Source of the DNA: Octopus bimaculoides
Lineage: Eukaryota
NCBI RefSeq assembly: GCF_001194135.2
Contig: NC_068988.1
Span: forward strand, 67,051,832-67,086,970
Direction of reading: 5' to 3'
Length of the DNA: 35,139 nucleotides
The notes under the pieces: model-generated
Told to the model about the DNA's origin: nothing
Databases searched by the model: none
Seen by the model: the letters and a program-made list of their open reading frames with translations, nothing else
Program-made: the position numbers and the translations under genes
In this document: positions 14,195 to 25,861 of the stretch, in pieces
How the letters are laid out: each line of letters begins with the position of its first letter
Position numbering within the stretch: the first letter of the stretch is position 1

Positions 14195-14559
14195 CAATTC
14201 TACTCAGTCACCTTCCGACAATAAAACATACAATACCAATCTCTCAACACTTACTCTATAGAATCTTCCCCAAACAATTGTACAATCCAGACAACGCGAT
14301 CACCGCTCGGTAATATAACGCAACACAAACAGCAACCACCTTGCAAAATATTGATCTAATAAACCAAACAATAACAGTCTAAAACTAATCAGATACGAAA
14401 TGCAATACATTAACATCTCAATCAACAAACTGAACCTCACAAAGAAGTACAACTGGATGAAGTATACACGCAGAAAACTACATCTGTAAAGGACAATGAT
14501 ATGTGTCAGCCACATAATGCTGTGCAATGGAAACTCGCATGGGGGCAAGCGAACAGAGA

Positions 14560-14560
<1 letters not shown>
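14195..14560. mobile_element. Degenerate interspersed repeat, probably LINE-derived; a second fragment lies at 13767-13845
   Basis: The 28-mer cagtcaccttccgacaataaaacataca occurs in both places. C/A-rich composition with broken frames (YINISINKLNLTKKYNWMK). Family and orientation unresolved. Confidence 0.45.
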
Positions 14561-14642
<82 letters not shown>

Positions 14643-14643
14643 C
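14560..14643. repeat. Compound (CTA)n(CTG)n microsatellite
   Basis: Direct reading. Confidence 0.95.
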
Positions 14644-15498
14644 ACTTATGCTGCTACTACATTTCAAATGGTCCTAATTTGTTAGTACGTCGTAGTCCAC
14701 TCGAGAAGATTAATGAAGACATCCTGTAGACTATTTCGTGCAGTACTCTACTGCATCTGCTCGTTCCTGTTCATTCTGAGAACATATTAGTGAGAAATAG
14801 CATCAAATAAAGAAACGCAAGAAATAATTCAAAAGGCATTACTATCGTTGCATGAAGAAATTCTCATAACAGAACAGCTAAAGAAATCACTTAATTCTGT
14901 AAGAGTGACATTCATTCCAAAACACAATCATCTTTGACTTTGACTGATAGTTGTTGCCATCAGAAATGGACACTGGAGGAAATAACTAAAGAAACAAAAA
15001 ACAAGAAAAGAACAAAAAAAAAGCAGAAGGAATCTGTAATAAATGCATCCCAGATGTATTCTTTTGTCATTGATTTTTGCCTTGGTGAATCGCACATTAT
15101 AACTAGGACTTGGCATTCCACTTTGATGCGGCAAAAACAGATTAAAAAGGTTTAAAATTTTTTATATTTTTTTTCTTTTATACGACTTTTAAGAACGTGA
15201 AAATCATATTCACAAGTTTTCTGAAGAAAATTATCATTCTAAAATTTCTCTGTTAAATATAGAATTCTTTGTTCGAAAGTTCGATAGCAGAACACAACTA
15301 GAACCAAGGAGATGAATATGTATCTTTCGTGTGCTTAACAGGTAATTCTTTTTAATGAACATCGGCAGAATAAATAAAAAACAAAACCCTCATAAAATGT
15401 TTGTTTTCTGATTTAAAGCCAATGGAAACGGAAATATTCATTAAATTTTGATTATCCCGAAAGGAGTCATTTATGAAAACAGCAGAAAACGATACTCC

Positions 15499-15548
<50 letters not shown>

Positions 15549-15583
15549 AGTAATACATATGTATAAACATATAAATGTATACA

Positions 15584-15635
<52 letters not shown>

Positions 15636-16311
15636 CATACACACATAATTATATAAAAAAAAAATTACATATACATANNNNNNNNNNNNNNNNNNNNNNN
15701 NNNNNNNNNNNNNNNNNNNNNNNNNNNNNNNNNNNNNNNNNNNNNNNNNNNNNNNNNNNNNNNNNNNNNNNNNNNNNNNNNNNNNNNNNNNNNNNNNNNN
15801 NNNNNNNNNNNNNNNNNNNNNNNNNNNNNNNNNNNNNNNNNNNNNNNNNNNNNNNNNNNNNNNNNNNNNNNNNNNNNNNNNNNNNNNNNNNNNNNNNNNN
15901 NNNNNNNNNNNNNNNNNNNNNNNNNNNNNNNNNNNNNNNNNNNNNNNNNNNNNNNNNNNNNNNNNNNNNNNNNNNNNNNNNNNNNNNNNNNNNNNNNNNN
16001 NNNNNNNNNNNNNNNNNNNNNNNNNNNNNNNNNNNNNNNNNNNNNNNNNNNNNNNNNNNNNNNNNNNNNNNNNNNNNNNNNNNNNNNNNNNNNNNNNNNN
16101 NNNNNNNNNNNNNNNNNNNNNNNNNNNNNNNNNNNNNNNNNNNNNNNNNNNNNNNNNNNNNNNNNNNNNNNNNNNNNNNNNNNNNNNNNNNNNNNNNNNN
16201 NNNNNNNNNNNNNNNNNNNNNNNNNNNNNNNNNNNNNNNNNNNNNNNNNNNNNNNNNNNNNNNNNNNNNNNNNNNNNNNNNNNNNNNNNNNNNNNNNNNN
16301 NNNNNNNNNNN

Positions 16312-16348
<37 letters not shown>

Positions 16349-16384
16349 CCGAAAGGCGTTTGTCCATTGTATATGTATAATTCT

Positions 16385-16774
16385 GTGGAGGCGCAGTGAC
16401 CCAGTGGTTAGGGCACCATACTCGCGGTCATAGGATCGCGATTTCGATTCCCAGACCGGGCGTTGTGAGTCTTTATTCAGCGAAAACATCTAAAGCTCCA
16501 CGAGGCTCCGGCAGGGGATGGTGGAGAACCCTGCTGTACTCTTCCACCACAACTTTCTCTCAGTCTTTCTTCCTGTTTCTGTTGTACCTGTATTTCAAAG
16601 GGGCCAGCCTTGTCACACTGTGTAACGCTGAATATCCCCCCGAGAACTACGTTAAGGGTACATGTGTCTGTGGATTGCTCAGCCACGTGCACGTTAATTC
16701 CACGAGCAGGCTGTTCCGTTGATCAGATCAACTGGAACCCTCGACGTCGTAAGCGACGGAGTACCAACACACAC
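16385..16774 (+). mobile_element. Full-length tRNA-derived SINE (family C) with 12-bp target-site duplication
   Basis: tRNA-like head ggaggcgcagtgacccagtggttagggca...tttcgattccc (A and B boxes). TSD ATGTATAATTCT at 16373-16384 and 16775-16786. Confidence 0.9.
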
Positions 16775-17284
16775 ATGTATAATTCTATTTCATATGTTAC
16801 GTTCGTCCTATAGTCGAAAGACCAATTCTGTTATTTACTTCTTTGTTTTCGGATATGTACATTCGTTTGCCTTGCCCTTGCTTAATGGTCTTAGCTTAAG
16901 TCCCTGGCCTGCCGGTTTCGAGTAGTATTGGAGTTAAGTGGGCGAACCTACGTGGATATTCCGGACTTCGACTGTTTTGTCTTGTTTGTCGTTGTCGTGC
17001 TATCGTCCCTTTCCCGCATGTTGTGTTTTCACGGTTTTCGTTTTTTGTGTTTCTTCTGTTCTACCTTTGATTTATATATAAAAATGTATAATTATATAAG
17101 CAGCAGCACTGGGCAGTTATGATGTTTTTACACCCTTTAACGCGAGAGAATTTTTTTTACACGGTGACTGCAGTGAACTTGCCTTTAGCAGTTGAAATAT
17201 ATCACAAACATTTTAAAAGTAATCTAGAGTTAGTTTATTCCTAATCACTGTTTGACGCTGAAACCGCTGAATATATAACCGTAA

Positions 17285-17317
<33 letters not shown>

Positions 17318-18034
17318 CATATATAGATATTTCTATCTATCTATATTTATTTATAACAGTATGTGTATGTTTATCTATGAGATATTTCACACTGTTAAGT
17401 TGTGACTTTTTCACGTTCCTTATCAATCTGAGAGACAGAAAAAAAATATATATATATATATTTATTTTTAAAAGATAGCATACTTCCAGGCATTATGATG
17501 TAAAGACAACAGATACGCTGGCTTTTATATAAATAATTAAAGAAATACAGCTAGAGATTTGTATGTTCTGTATTATGCGGAGGATGGTTGGAAGAAGCTG
17601 CTTAATCATTTATTGCTGTGAATACAATATTTACTTCCGTACCCAACCTGCATCTGATCATATTTCCTGTATATGTTCATTATTTTGGTAAAAAATAAAA
17701 TAAAATAACGAAAACGGTAAAAAACATATAAGAAATCAGAATTTCTGAAAAGAAGTTTTATTTTTTAGTTTGATGTTTAATGGAAAACAGAAAATGCTAG
17801 TAAAGTTATAGTTGGAATATGTTTCTTATCCATCTATCTATCCATCCATCCACATGCACAAATAAACGCTTATATACGTTTATATGTATGTGTACGTGCG
17901 AATATATATATATATGTATACATGACCACACACACACACATATATATATAGTGTGTATTCAATTATATATGTATATACACGTTTATACACACACACACAT
18001 ATATATATTCGTATGTATGAATATTATAAATATA

Positions 18035-18066
<32 letters not shown>

Positions 18067-18364
18067 CATATAAAAGTATAAATACATATTGTATAGTATA
18101 TATAATGTATGCTTACAGATACACTTCACACACACACGTACATGCATATATACATACAAACACACAGCTGTACAAACGTGCGCGTGTGTGTGTGAGTGTG
18201 CGTGTATGTGTGTACGTGTGTAAATATATAATAATATGACTTGAAATCAAAACAAACACAGAAAAAAACACACGCATAGACATTATATACCTCACCCCAC
18301 TGGCACACAGCATTCACACGCATAATTATCATTGATATATTAAGTACAAGCTGTTAGACTTTAC

Positions 18365-18448
18365 CTTGTAATAACCGGTACGTGTGAAGACTTGGTGAGT
18401 ATCTAATGCCAATGTATCGACAGAAGGTGCACTTGTCATTGATTGGCG
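18365..18448 (-). CDS. Internal exon of a receptor guanylyl cyclase (NPR-A/B-like); juxtamembrane segment to start of the kinase-homology domain
   Basis: Minus strand: acceptor cttttttctaatttctctatttcag, 84 nt open frame RQSMTSAPSVDTLALDTHQVFTRTGYYK, donor gtaaagt. QVFTRTGYYK matches the QVFAKTAYYK motif I recall from vertebrate NPR-A. Phase 0 joins the exon at 1522-1599 in frame. Confidence 0.93.
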
Positions 18449-18570
18449 CTGAAATAGAGAAATTAGAAAAAAGAAATGTTATGTTGAGGTAAATTAAAGA
18501 GGTATAGCATTTAACATACTGAAACTTGAAGCAGTGGATTCATATTTACTCCAAAATGTCAATTTATAAA

Positions 18571-18892
18571 CAATCCTTTTTATTAAAGGCACAGAGCCTG
18601 AAATGTTGGGGGAGGGGACAAGTGGATTACATCAAACCTAGTGCTTAACTGGTATTTAATTTATCGACCCAGAAAGGATGAAAGGCAAAGTCGATCTTGG
18701 CGAAATTTGAACTCAAAACGTAAAGACTGACGAAATGCCACTAAGGATTTTGTCTGACATGCTAACGATTCTGCTGGCTCACCACCTTAATAATCCTTTC
18801 TACTATAAGCACAAGGCCTGAAATTTTTGAGGAGGGGGCTATTCAATAGGATCAACCCCAGTATTTCACTGCTACTTAATCTATCGACCCTA
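18571..18892 (-). mobile_element. Two tandem family A SINEs (full-length 18571-18788; 5'-truncated 18793-18892), about 120 nt from the exon acceptor
   Basis: Same core motif as above; the copies start with aatcctttt and aatcctttc on the + strand. Confidence 0.85.
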
Positions 18893-19231
18893 GTTCACCG
18901 CGTTTCAATTTACATATAATACAAAGACAAAACAATACAAAAGAAAAAGTGAACCGCATTTTCGAAATCTATGTTATATTTTAGGAAATATTGTTTTTGT
19001 TGTTATATAGACTCAAATTTAACTATAATGAAAAGTATTAAAGTCATGACCATTCTGACTTCTTAGGGAGTAATCTTAATGAATCTAAGACAAAATTTTC
19101 TACAGTTTCATTATGGTATCAAGTGAGAAGTGTGTTTCAATTGATAGTGATTTCGCTGCTGTTTCTCGCAGAACAACAGGCCACATAAAACCTGTTTGGT
19201 ATAGTGTATAAATTCGGTAGATCATATGGTA

Positions 19232-19385
19232 AATTAATGCTGAGGACTGCCTGTGTGGTTAGCAGATTGCTTTCCAACCACATGATTCCGAGTTCATTCC
19301 TACTGCGTGGCACCTTCTGCTATGACCTCGCAGCTGGTGAGTGGATTTGGTTGACGGAAACTGAGAGAAACCCATCGAACATACG
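19232..19385 (+). mobile_element. Family B SINE, 5' half
   Basis: ctgtgtggttag...ccaaccacatgattccgagttcattcctactgcgtggcacc...gtgagtggatttggttgacggaaactga. Confidence 0.8.
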
Positions 19386-20044
19386 TTCCTTCAGACAAAT
19401 TTCTTCACATAGGTGCCTTGGGAAATAGTGTATTAACACAGACAGACTCAACGAGATAAGCAATAAAGGATGGAGTCTATACAGAGTTACATGACGTGCT
19501 AGAAAAAGCAGTTACATATTCAACTCTATTAAAAACGTAAAGTTACATTAGATAGGGTAGACCTGTATGTATTTTATTAAAAATACAAAAAAAAAATTAA
19601 AAAAAGAACTGCATAGGACTTGAATCCCGTTGGTGCTAAATTCTGCTGAATTACGACTGAAATGAGTTTAAACATCACTACCAACAGCAACAATTCACGC
19701 GCATTCTGTTCAATTAAATTAGTGCGCCTGGATCTTCACTCGGCTTCTCGAGTTACCACTAAGCATTTTAAACGATATATTGGCGACATTAAACATTTAT
19801 TTATTACGGTATTTATTCTGAGAGATGGATTATAGATTCTTTATCTTTTATTTGTCTCAGTCATTTAACTGCGGCCATGTTGGAGCACCGCCTTGAAGAA
19901 TTTTAGTAGACTCCAGTACTTATTTTCTTTTTAAGCGTTGTATTTATTTTATCGGTAATTTTGCCGAACCGCTACGTTACATAGCTGTAAACACACCAAC
20001 ATCAGTTGTCAAGCTGTGGCGGGAAACAAATAAAAATGCACACA

Positions 20045-20116
20045 CGTACAGTGGTATGGTTGTAAGTATCCCTGCTTGTCAAGCAAGAGACTGAAGTTCG
20101 ATTCACCGCCGTGAGG
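20045..20116 (+). pseudogene. tRNA-Asp(GTC) pseudogene
   Basis: gtggtatggttgtaagtatccctgcttGTCaagcaagagactgaagttcgattcaccgccgtga aligns without gaps to the eukaryotic tRNA-Asp consensus as I recall it (TTAGTATAGTGGTGAGTATCCCCGCCTGTCACGCGGGAGACCGGGGTTCGATTCCCCGACGGGGA). Anticodon at 20078-20080; T stem and acceptor stem are broken. Confidence 0.78.
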
Positions 20117-20126
20117 CTCATATTTT

Positions 20127-20533
20127 AGGTAAGGAGTGGCTGTATGGTAAGAAGTTTGCTTCCCAACTACATGGTTCTGGTTTTAGTCCCACTGCGTGGC
20201 ACTTTAGTCTTCTATTATAGTCTCGGGTTGACCAAGTCCTTGTGAGTGGATATGGTTGACAGAGACTGAAAAAAAGCCCGTCGTATATATATATATATAT
20301 ATATATATGTAATGCGTTCGTGTCTTTGTGTCTGAGTTTATACTCCCATCACCGCATGGCAACAGATGTTGGTGTGTTGACGCCTCTATAACTTAGCGGT
20401 TCAGCAAAATCGACAATAGAATTAGTACTAGGCTTACAAAAATATATCCTGGTGTCGATTTGTTCGACTAACCGCTCTTCAAGGCAGTACACCAGTATGG
20501 CCACACTCAATGACTGAAACAAGTAAAGAATAA
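20127..20533 (+). mobile_element. Full-length family B SINE, nested inside an opposite-strand copy
   Basis: ggagtggctgtatggtaag...gtcccactgcgtggcac...cactcaatgactgaaacaagtaaaga. Confidence 0.88.
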
Positions 20534-20949
20534 ACGATATATATACGATGATCTTCTTTCAATTTCCGTCAACCAAACCACTCACAAGGATTTGATAGGT
20601 CCGAGGCTGTAGTAGAAGAGACTTGCCCAAAAAGCCAAGGTGTGGGGATGAACCTGGGGCCATGAAATTGGGAAGCACATCTTTTACCACGTAACCACAC
20701 CTACGCCTTAACGAGTTTTATAGATTTAGATCTGTGATGTTATTGAATTCCGGAATTCATTTGACATTGTTATGTCCAGGTTATGACAAAAAGGAAACAA
20801 CAATTCTGTAAGCGGCGGCATAAGTGTGTAGTGAAGTGTGTTTCGCAGTCTAACGGAACATTGGTCTGTCCCAATGCCACATCCTAGTGCGTGTGTTTGT
20901 GTATGTATGTGTGTATATGTGTGTGTGTGTGTNNNNNNNNNNGTATGTA

Positions 20950-20999
<50 letters not shown>

Positions 21000-22730
21000 T
21001 AACAGGGTTTCTGTGTTTGCATTTATTTTCCCTGTGTAAAGTCGTATCGAGTTGTGTCCTTTATGTCTAAAGCAGGCATTTACGGATCGATAAAATATAT
21101 GCTAGAATTAAATTCGTGCTAGAATCCGTTCGATTGACTTTGAAGGTGATGCTCCAGCTTGGCTGCAATGCAATGTTCGGGAAGAGCAAATGAATAACTT
21201 TGATGTGGTTTCTAACTTCATTAAGCACGACAAAAATTTCAAATTAGCAAGGGATCATTCAAAGTAAATGTATGGTCAAATCTATGCAGTGGCAATCTGT
21301 TATATTTGGATTCATTGAAAGCATGGAAGGGTGAAAGATACTATACTTTTGTTGATAAACAGGGTCTCGTTGTGGTTCAGAAACAGCAATAGTTGTAACA
21401 ACAACAAAGATATCGGCAACAACAACAATAATAAAGCAATACAGCACTAACATCAACCACAATAACATTTTTAACAGATATAACAAAAATGACAGCAACA
21501 ATAACAAGGAAACAGTAACTGCAGCAAAAATAATTATGAGTTCACTTCGCAAATAATGCGTGGTTTGTTCCATGAAGAAGACTCGCAAACAATACAATTC
21601 TCCCTACGTTACAATTACATTATACATTTTTAGTAAGTTCTTTTTTTGACATTTATTCACTAAAGTCCAGAAGAATATTGCTTTGGAACCATCTTGAAAT
21701 CTATTAAAGGAGACATTCCAGGAATTGTATTTTCTGACATTTATTCAGATTACTCAATAAGGGACACATGTATGTTACATATCCCTGTATTTTTTTTTTG
21801 TTTTTCAGAATGGATCAGTCTCCAAGCAGGTGTGGCTATACTTTCTATAGCCCGCCAGAAGATAATTATCTACCTCTAACAGAAGCTATAAATCGAAGAG
21901 GAAAGTAATAGATGTTCCTGATGCTTTCACTCTCATGAATTGTTCACATAACACGATGAATGTTTCTTCAGTGTGAATTGATGGGTTTCTCAAAGAAGAA
22001 AATAAATAAATTCAAAATCACTATCGATAGAAACGAAAATAGCTTTCAAAAGTTACTGATCCCTCACACTCAAGCCTGATTTAACTTTGTCATCGAGATC
22101 AGAATTAAACAATATAATTGTATTAGGTGCTGGCCGTTTGGAACATGAGTCAGAACTACGGATTAACTTTGCATTTTTTTCTCAGTCATTATGATAATGT
22201 AGTGAATAATTGTGTTCATTATTATACATCAAGTTGATTACCTTCCAGTCACGAATCGAATAAGATGTGTTCGCCGAATATGTCTGACAGTATCAAAACA
22301 TATCTGTTGCTGTCGCCTTTATTTGTCAATATCAGACTAAAATAGTATTAATCTTTGAGCCAATGATTTATCCCCGTATCACATAACTATAATTAGCTAT
22401 TAATCTTTAAATCTTGTACTACGACGCATTCTAATTTAAAAAAATCACTATAGACAGAATGTCTGAGTTGTTGCATTTATGAGGGAAATAAAGTCAATAT
22501 GCTTCCTGTAAACTTGAAATACGGGCACAATTGAATATTTTTTAGAGCCAAAATTGTGTTTAATAATTTATACATATTCCTATTTTCACAAATTCATTAC
22601 TACCCTAAAGGAGGCCAACTAGCGAATTTTGAAAAAAGCCATGGATATGCATGCGGCTCCCCAGGTCTGCTTCATTTTTGCACTTTTGTTGCATTTAGGA
22701 CAAACAAAAAACTCGTCCTTACTGTTGGCA

Positions 22731-23790
22731 TTAATCTGGTCTTTGTGAAATCAAATGACTTTTCGGACCCGCTAGACATCCATATACTTTGTCATACAAT
22801 TGTCGCAAAATGCTTTCAGATTGCTCAAGACCGATCTGTGCATAATCAACCTGAAATTGTATGTCGCCATGAAATCCCATATGAATAACAACTGCTGTTG
22901 TTAGAAACACATTCAGGTTGAAAAGTGTTTGGGATTTGAGGTCAAGCCTTCTTAATGAAGTGTTCAATTCTACGTATTTCAATTACTTACAACCTTCGTG
23001 GATCACTTCTTTCCAAATCGATTGACATCCCGTCATTTGTTTCCGATCTTCAACATCCACACTAAGAGTCGGAAGTTTGTTTCTGAAGGGCATCACAAAA
23101 CTATTTTTGGGGGTTAGTCTCGGATGTTTACCATGTTACAACCTTTAAAACAACTACTTAGGTAACCTGTCATCCTCTGATCGCATATGCAGAAATTCTC
23201 GATACTGATATGTTGGTGTCTAGTGTTCAGAATTCCTCAATAGTGATATGTTGGTGTCTAGTGTTAGAGACTGCTATTTGATGTTTAGGATCCTTGATGG
23301 AATCTTTTCAAGTCTTTGATGCAGTGACGATTTGTAATCCAATTCTCTGAAGAGTATGAAAGGACGATTCACAGACGTTGAGCTTTGATTTGATGCTGAT
23401 GCATCTGTCAGACTATACACGATTTCCAAGATTTCCGAAAGCTTGGTTAATTTTCTTCTGGTCCTCAGATTTATTTCACAATCAAGGGATTCATATTTAG
23501 CGAAAATATTGCCAAAGGTAGACGAAAGAGTCGACTACATCCAAACGGAATCCGGATGAAGATGTTTGATTCGACATTTGAGGTAGAGAGAACATGGTCT
23601 TTGTTTTCTTCAGACTGATAATAACTCTAACGTCAATACATGCTCTATAGAAGCACATCTACCGCCACATTTCCTTCTTTGTGATCTACGATTCTGTTTC
23701 GTCAGCGTAAAAGACCTCACGAACAAGGATCTCACATGAGTTTCTTCGCTTTTCGACGGATTTTGGTTTTCATCTGCTCACCATGTAAGT
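22731..23790 (-). mobile_element. Decayed 3' part of an RTE-clade LINE
   Basis: Minus strand: ILVREVFYADE (RT xADD motif), IISLKKTKTM, EDDRLPK*LF...HGKHPR, and a terminal CDNC...AGPKSHL finger remnant. Many stops and frameshifts; small internal tandem duplication near 23205-23266. Confidence 0.85.
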
Positions 23791-23885
23791 TCGGAGAGAT
23801 TGTCCGTTTAGTCACCAACAACCAGACTATTTGACAGAGTGTTCTGGATTACATTTGAGAATGATATAAAACGCGCACGTTTGTG

Positions 23886-23978
23886 GGCACAAGCACGCAT
23901 GCGCAGACAAGTGCGCTGGCACAAGCACGCATGCGCAGACACGTGTGCTGGCACAAGCACGCATGCGCAGACACGTGC
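23886..23978. repeat. 32-bp minisatellite, about 3 copies (GGCACAAGCACGCATGCGCAGACACGTGTGCT)
   Basis: Unit starts at 23886, 23918 and 23950. Confidence 0.92.
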
Positions 23979-25349
23979 TCACTCACACTCACATTTGGAA
24001 GGAATTGTGATGGTGTGATGCAGCAACCTTAAGTTCGTAGGGGAAAGAGGATAAGTGTAACAATTAGAAATCCTGAACTTTGTCTCTTTGAAAGAAATTG
24101 AAAACGAATACCAATGTATGAATTGGTTGAATTCTTCCTTCTTCACTGTAATTTTTTCTTGTTACTGAGTTCAGAGATTGGGGAAGCTGTGATGTACATC
24201 ACGTCTATTGGCCCGACTATTCCAAGAGGGGGGAAGAAAAACAGCCCAAATACTTGACTGAAATTTTATTTATCGATGCCGAATAGTTGACAGACAAAGC
24301 CGATGAAGGGAGTATCTGAAATCAGAGTACAAAAAATCGGAACAAATTCAAGGTGGCTTATCCGGTGCTCCGACTCTTCAGCCAAGACATCATAATGACA
24401 GATTACCAAACTGATTGGCAGACCTCTACTAAAACATTTAACTTAGTTTTGTCTTACAGCGGAGACGGCACTCACCTCTATACTTTCTTATATATTTTCA
24501 GGAGACATATAACTCTAAGCTTGATTATACCACCTCCCCTACATCCTGCACGTAAACACCACACACACACACACACACATCACTCAGCCATCACCGTTCA
24601 TGTAATCTTTTTTTCTTAGCTATAACCATTTGAAACATTCCATTGCATTTGATTTTCCTACTTATAGTAATTCTCGTTAGTGAAAACTAAATATCCCAAC
24701 ATTGTTCTTTGTAAGATAGCAGGGCATGGAAACCACAAATACTACCACAAATTCACATCGAAAATAGGTAAACTAACTTATATAGAAAGTAATAACTAAA
24801 TAGCATTAGCCACTAACTATTGACAACAACAAGTAACTATTAACAAGTCGTGTATTAAGATGTTAAGAAGGATAGCATGTGATATTTTAATTAAGATCTC
24901 AGTAATGAGCAAAATATTAAAATATCACATAAAACATTGGCGTGTTATTTATAATCACAGAATCTAATTAACACATGCGATAAAATTCTAGAAAATTCTT
25001 CGACAAAACACTTATTATATGCAAAATGTTTTATTAGTTGTAAAAGCAAATAAAAACTTAACAGCTAGTGCTAGGTTATGACCAGTTTTATTAATAACTC
25101 GTATGGAGAACTAAAATCTCGTATGATCTTATGAAATTTATAAATGTCATCATTTCAAGAGGCCTCCGTTATAGTTAATAAAAACGGCCAACATGCAATA
25201 AACATGTATTTATATATGCGACAAAGGTTCGTATTTTACAAATGTTTATTGCTGACAATTTGGCGGTTAATTACCTCTTAGTACAATAAGAGATTTAAGT
25301 TTAGTTTATTTTCTTTCTCAGTCGTGTTGTTAGAATGTTAATACTGATA

Positions 25350-25560
25350 TGAAATTTTGGCACAAGGCAGGCAGGTTTGTGGGGAAGAGCTAAGTCGATT
25401 AAAATGATCACAGTTTTCAACTGATACTTATTTTATCCATCTAGGGAAATTAAAAGACAAAGGAAAGCTCAGCGGAATTTGAACTCAGAACGTAAAGACG
25501 GACGAAATGACTGTAGGCGTTTCGCCTGGCGTGCTAACGATTCTGGCAGCTCGGCGCCTT
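25350..25560 (-). mobile_element. Family A SINE
   Basis: ctcagcggaatttgaactcagaacgtaaagacggacgaaat...ggcagctcggcgcctt. Confidence 0.85.
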
Positions 25561-25795
25561 TTAGAGAGTTAATACTAAAAACAATTTGTAGGATTTAGTT
25601 ACGGCTCTTCTGGTTTTGAATTCAAGTTACATCGATATCAACTTTGTCTTTTATTCTTTTAGCACCGGTTACATAAATTCCGCTAAATTTGTGGTCATGT
25701 CCCTATATCAGAAGTCAACATTTGTATCTATGGCAGAATTCTACAAATCATAGAACAGAAAGCTTTCACTATTTAGTGACTTACACACACATACA

Positions 25796-25861
<66 letters not shown>

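Larger units (their letters stand above)
19837..20708 (-). mobile_element. Family B SINE split in two (3' half about 19837-20044, 5' half about 20536-20708)
   Basis: The two halves join colinearly with 28187-28595 once 20045-20535 is removed. Confidence 0.8.

Noticed and set aside
20905-20975. Apparent tandem duplication around the 10-N gap
   Set aside because: Most likely overlapping contig ends (assembly artefact).
21259-21597. Hydrophobic minus-strand ORF as the transmembrane exon of the rGC
   Set aside because: The hydrophobicity comes from a decayed (CAA)n tract read backwards, and there is no suitable splice donor or acceptor.
21660-21735. Candidate preceding rGC exon KYNSWNVSFNRFQDGSKAIFFWTL
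   Set aside because: No polypyrimidine tract, weak donor, and it lacks the expected LExEL..W pattern.
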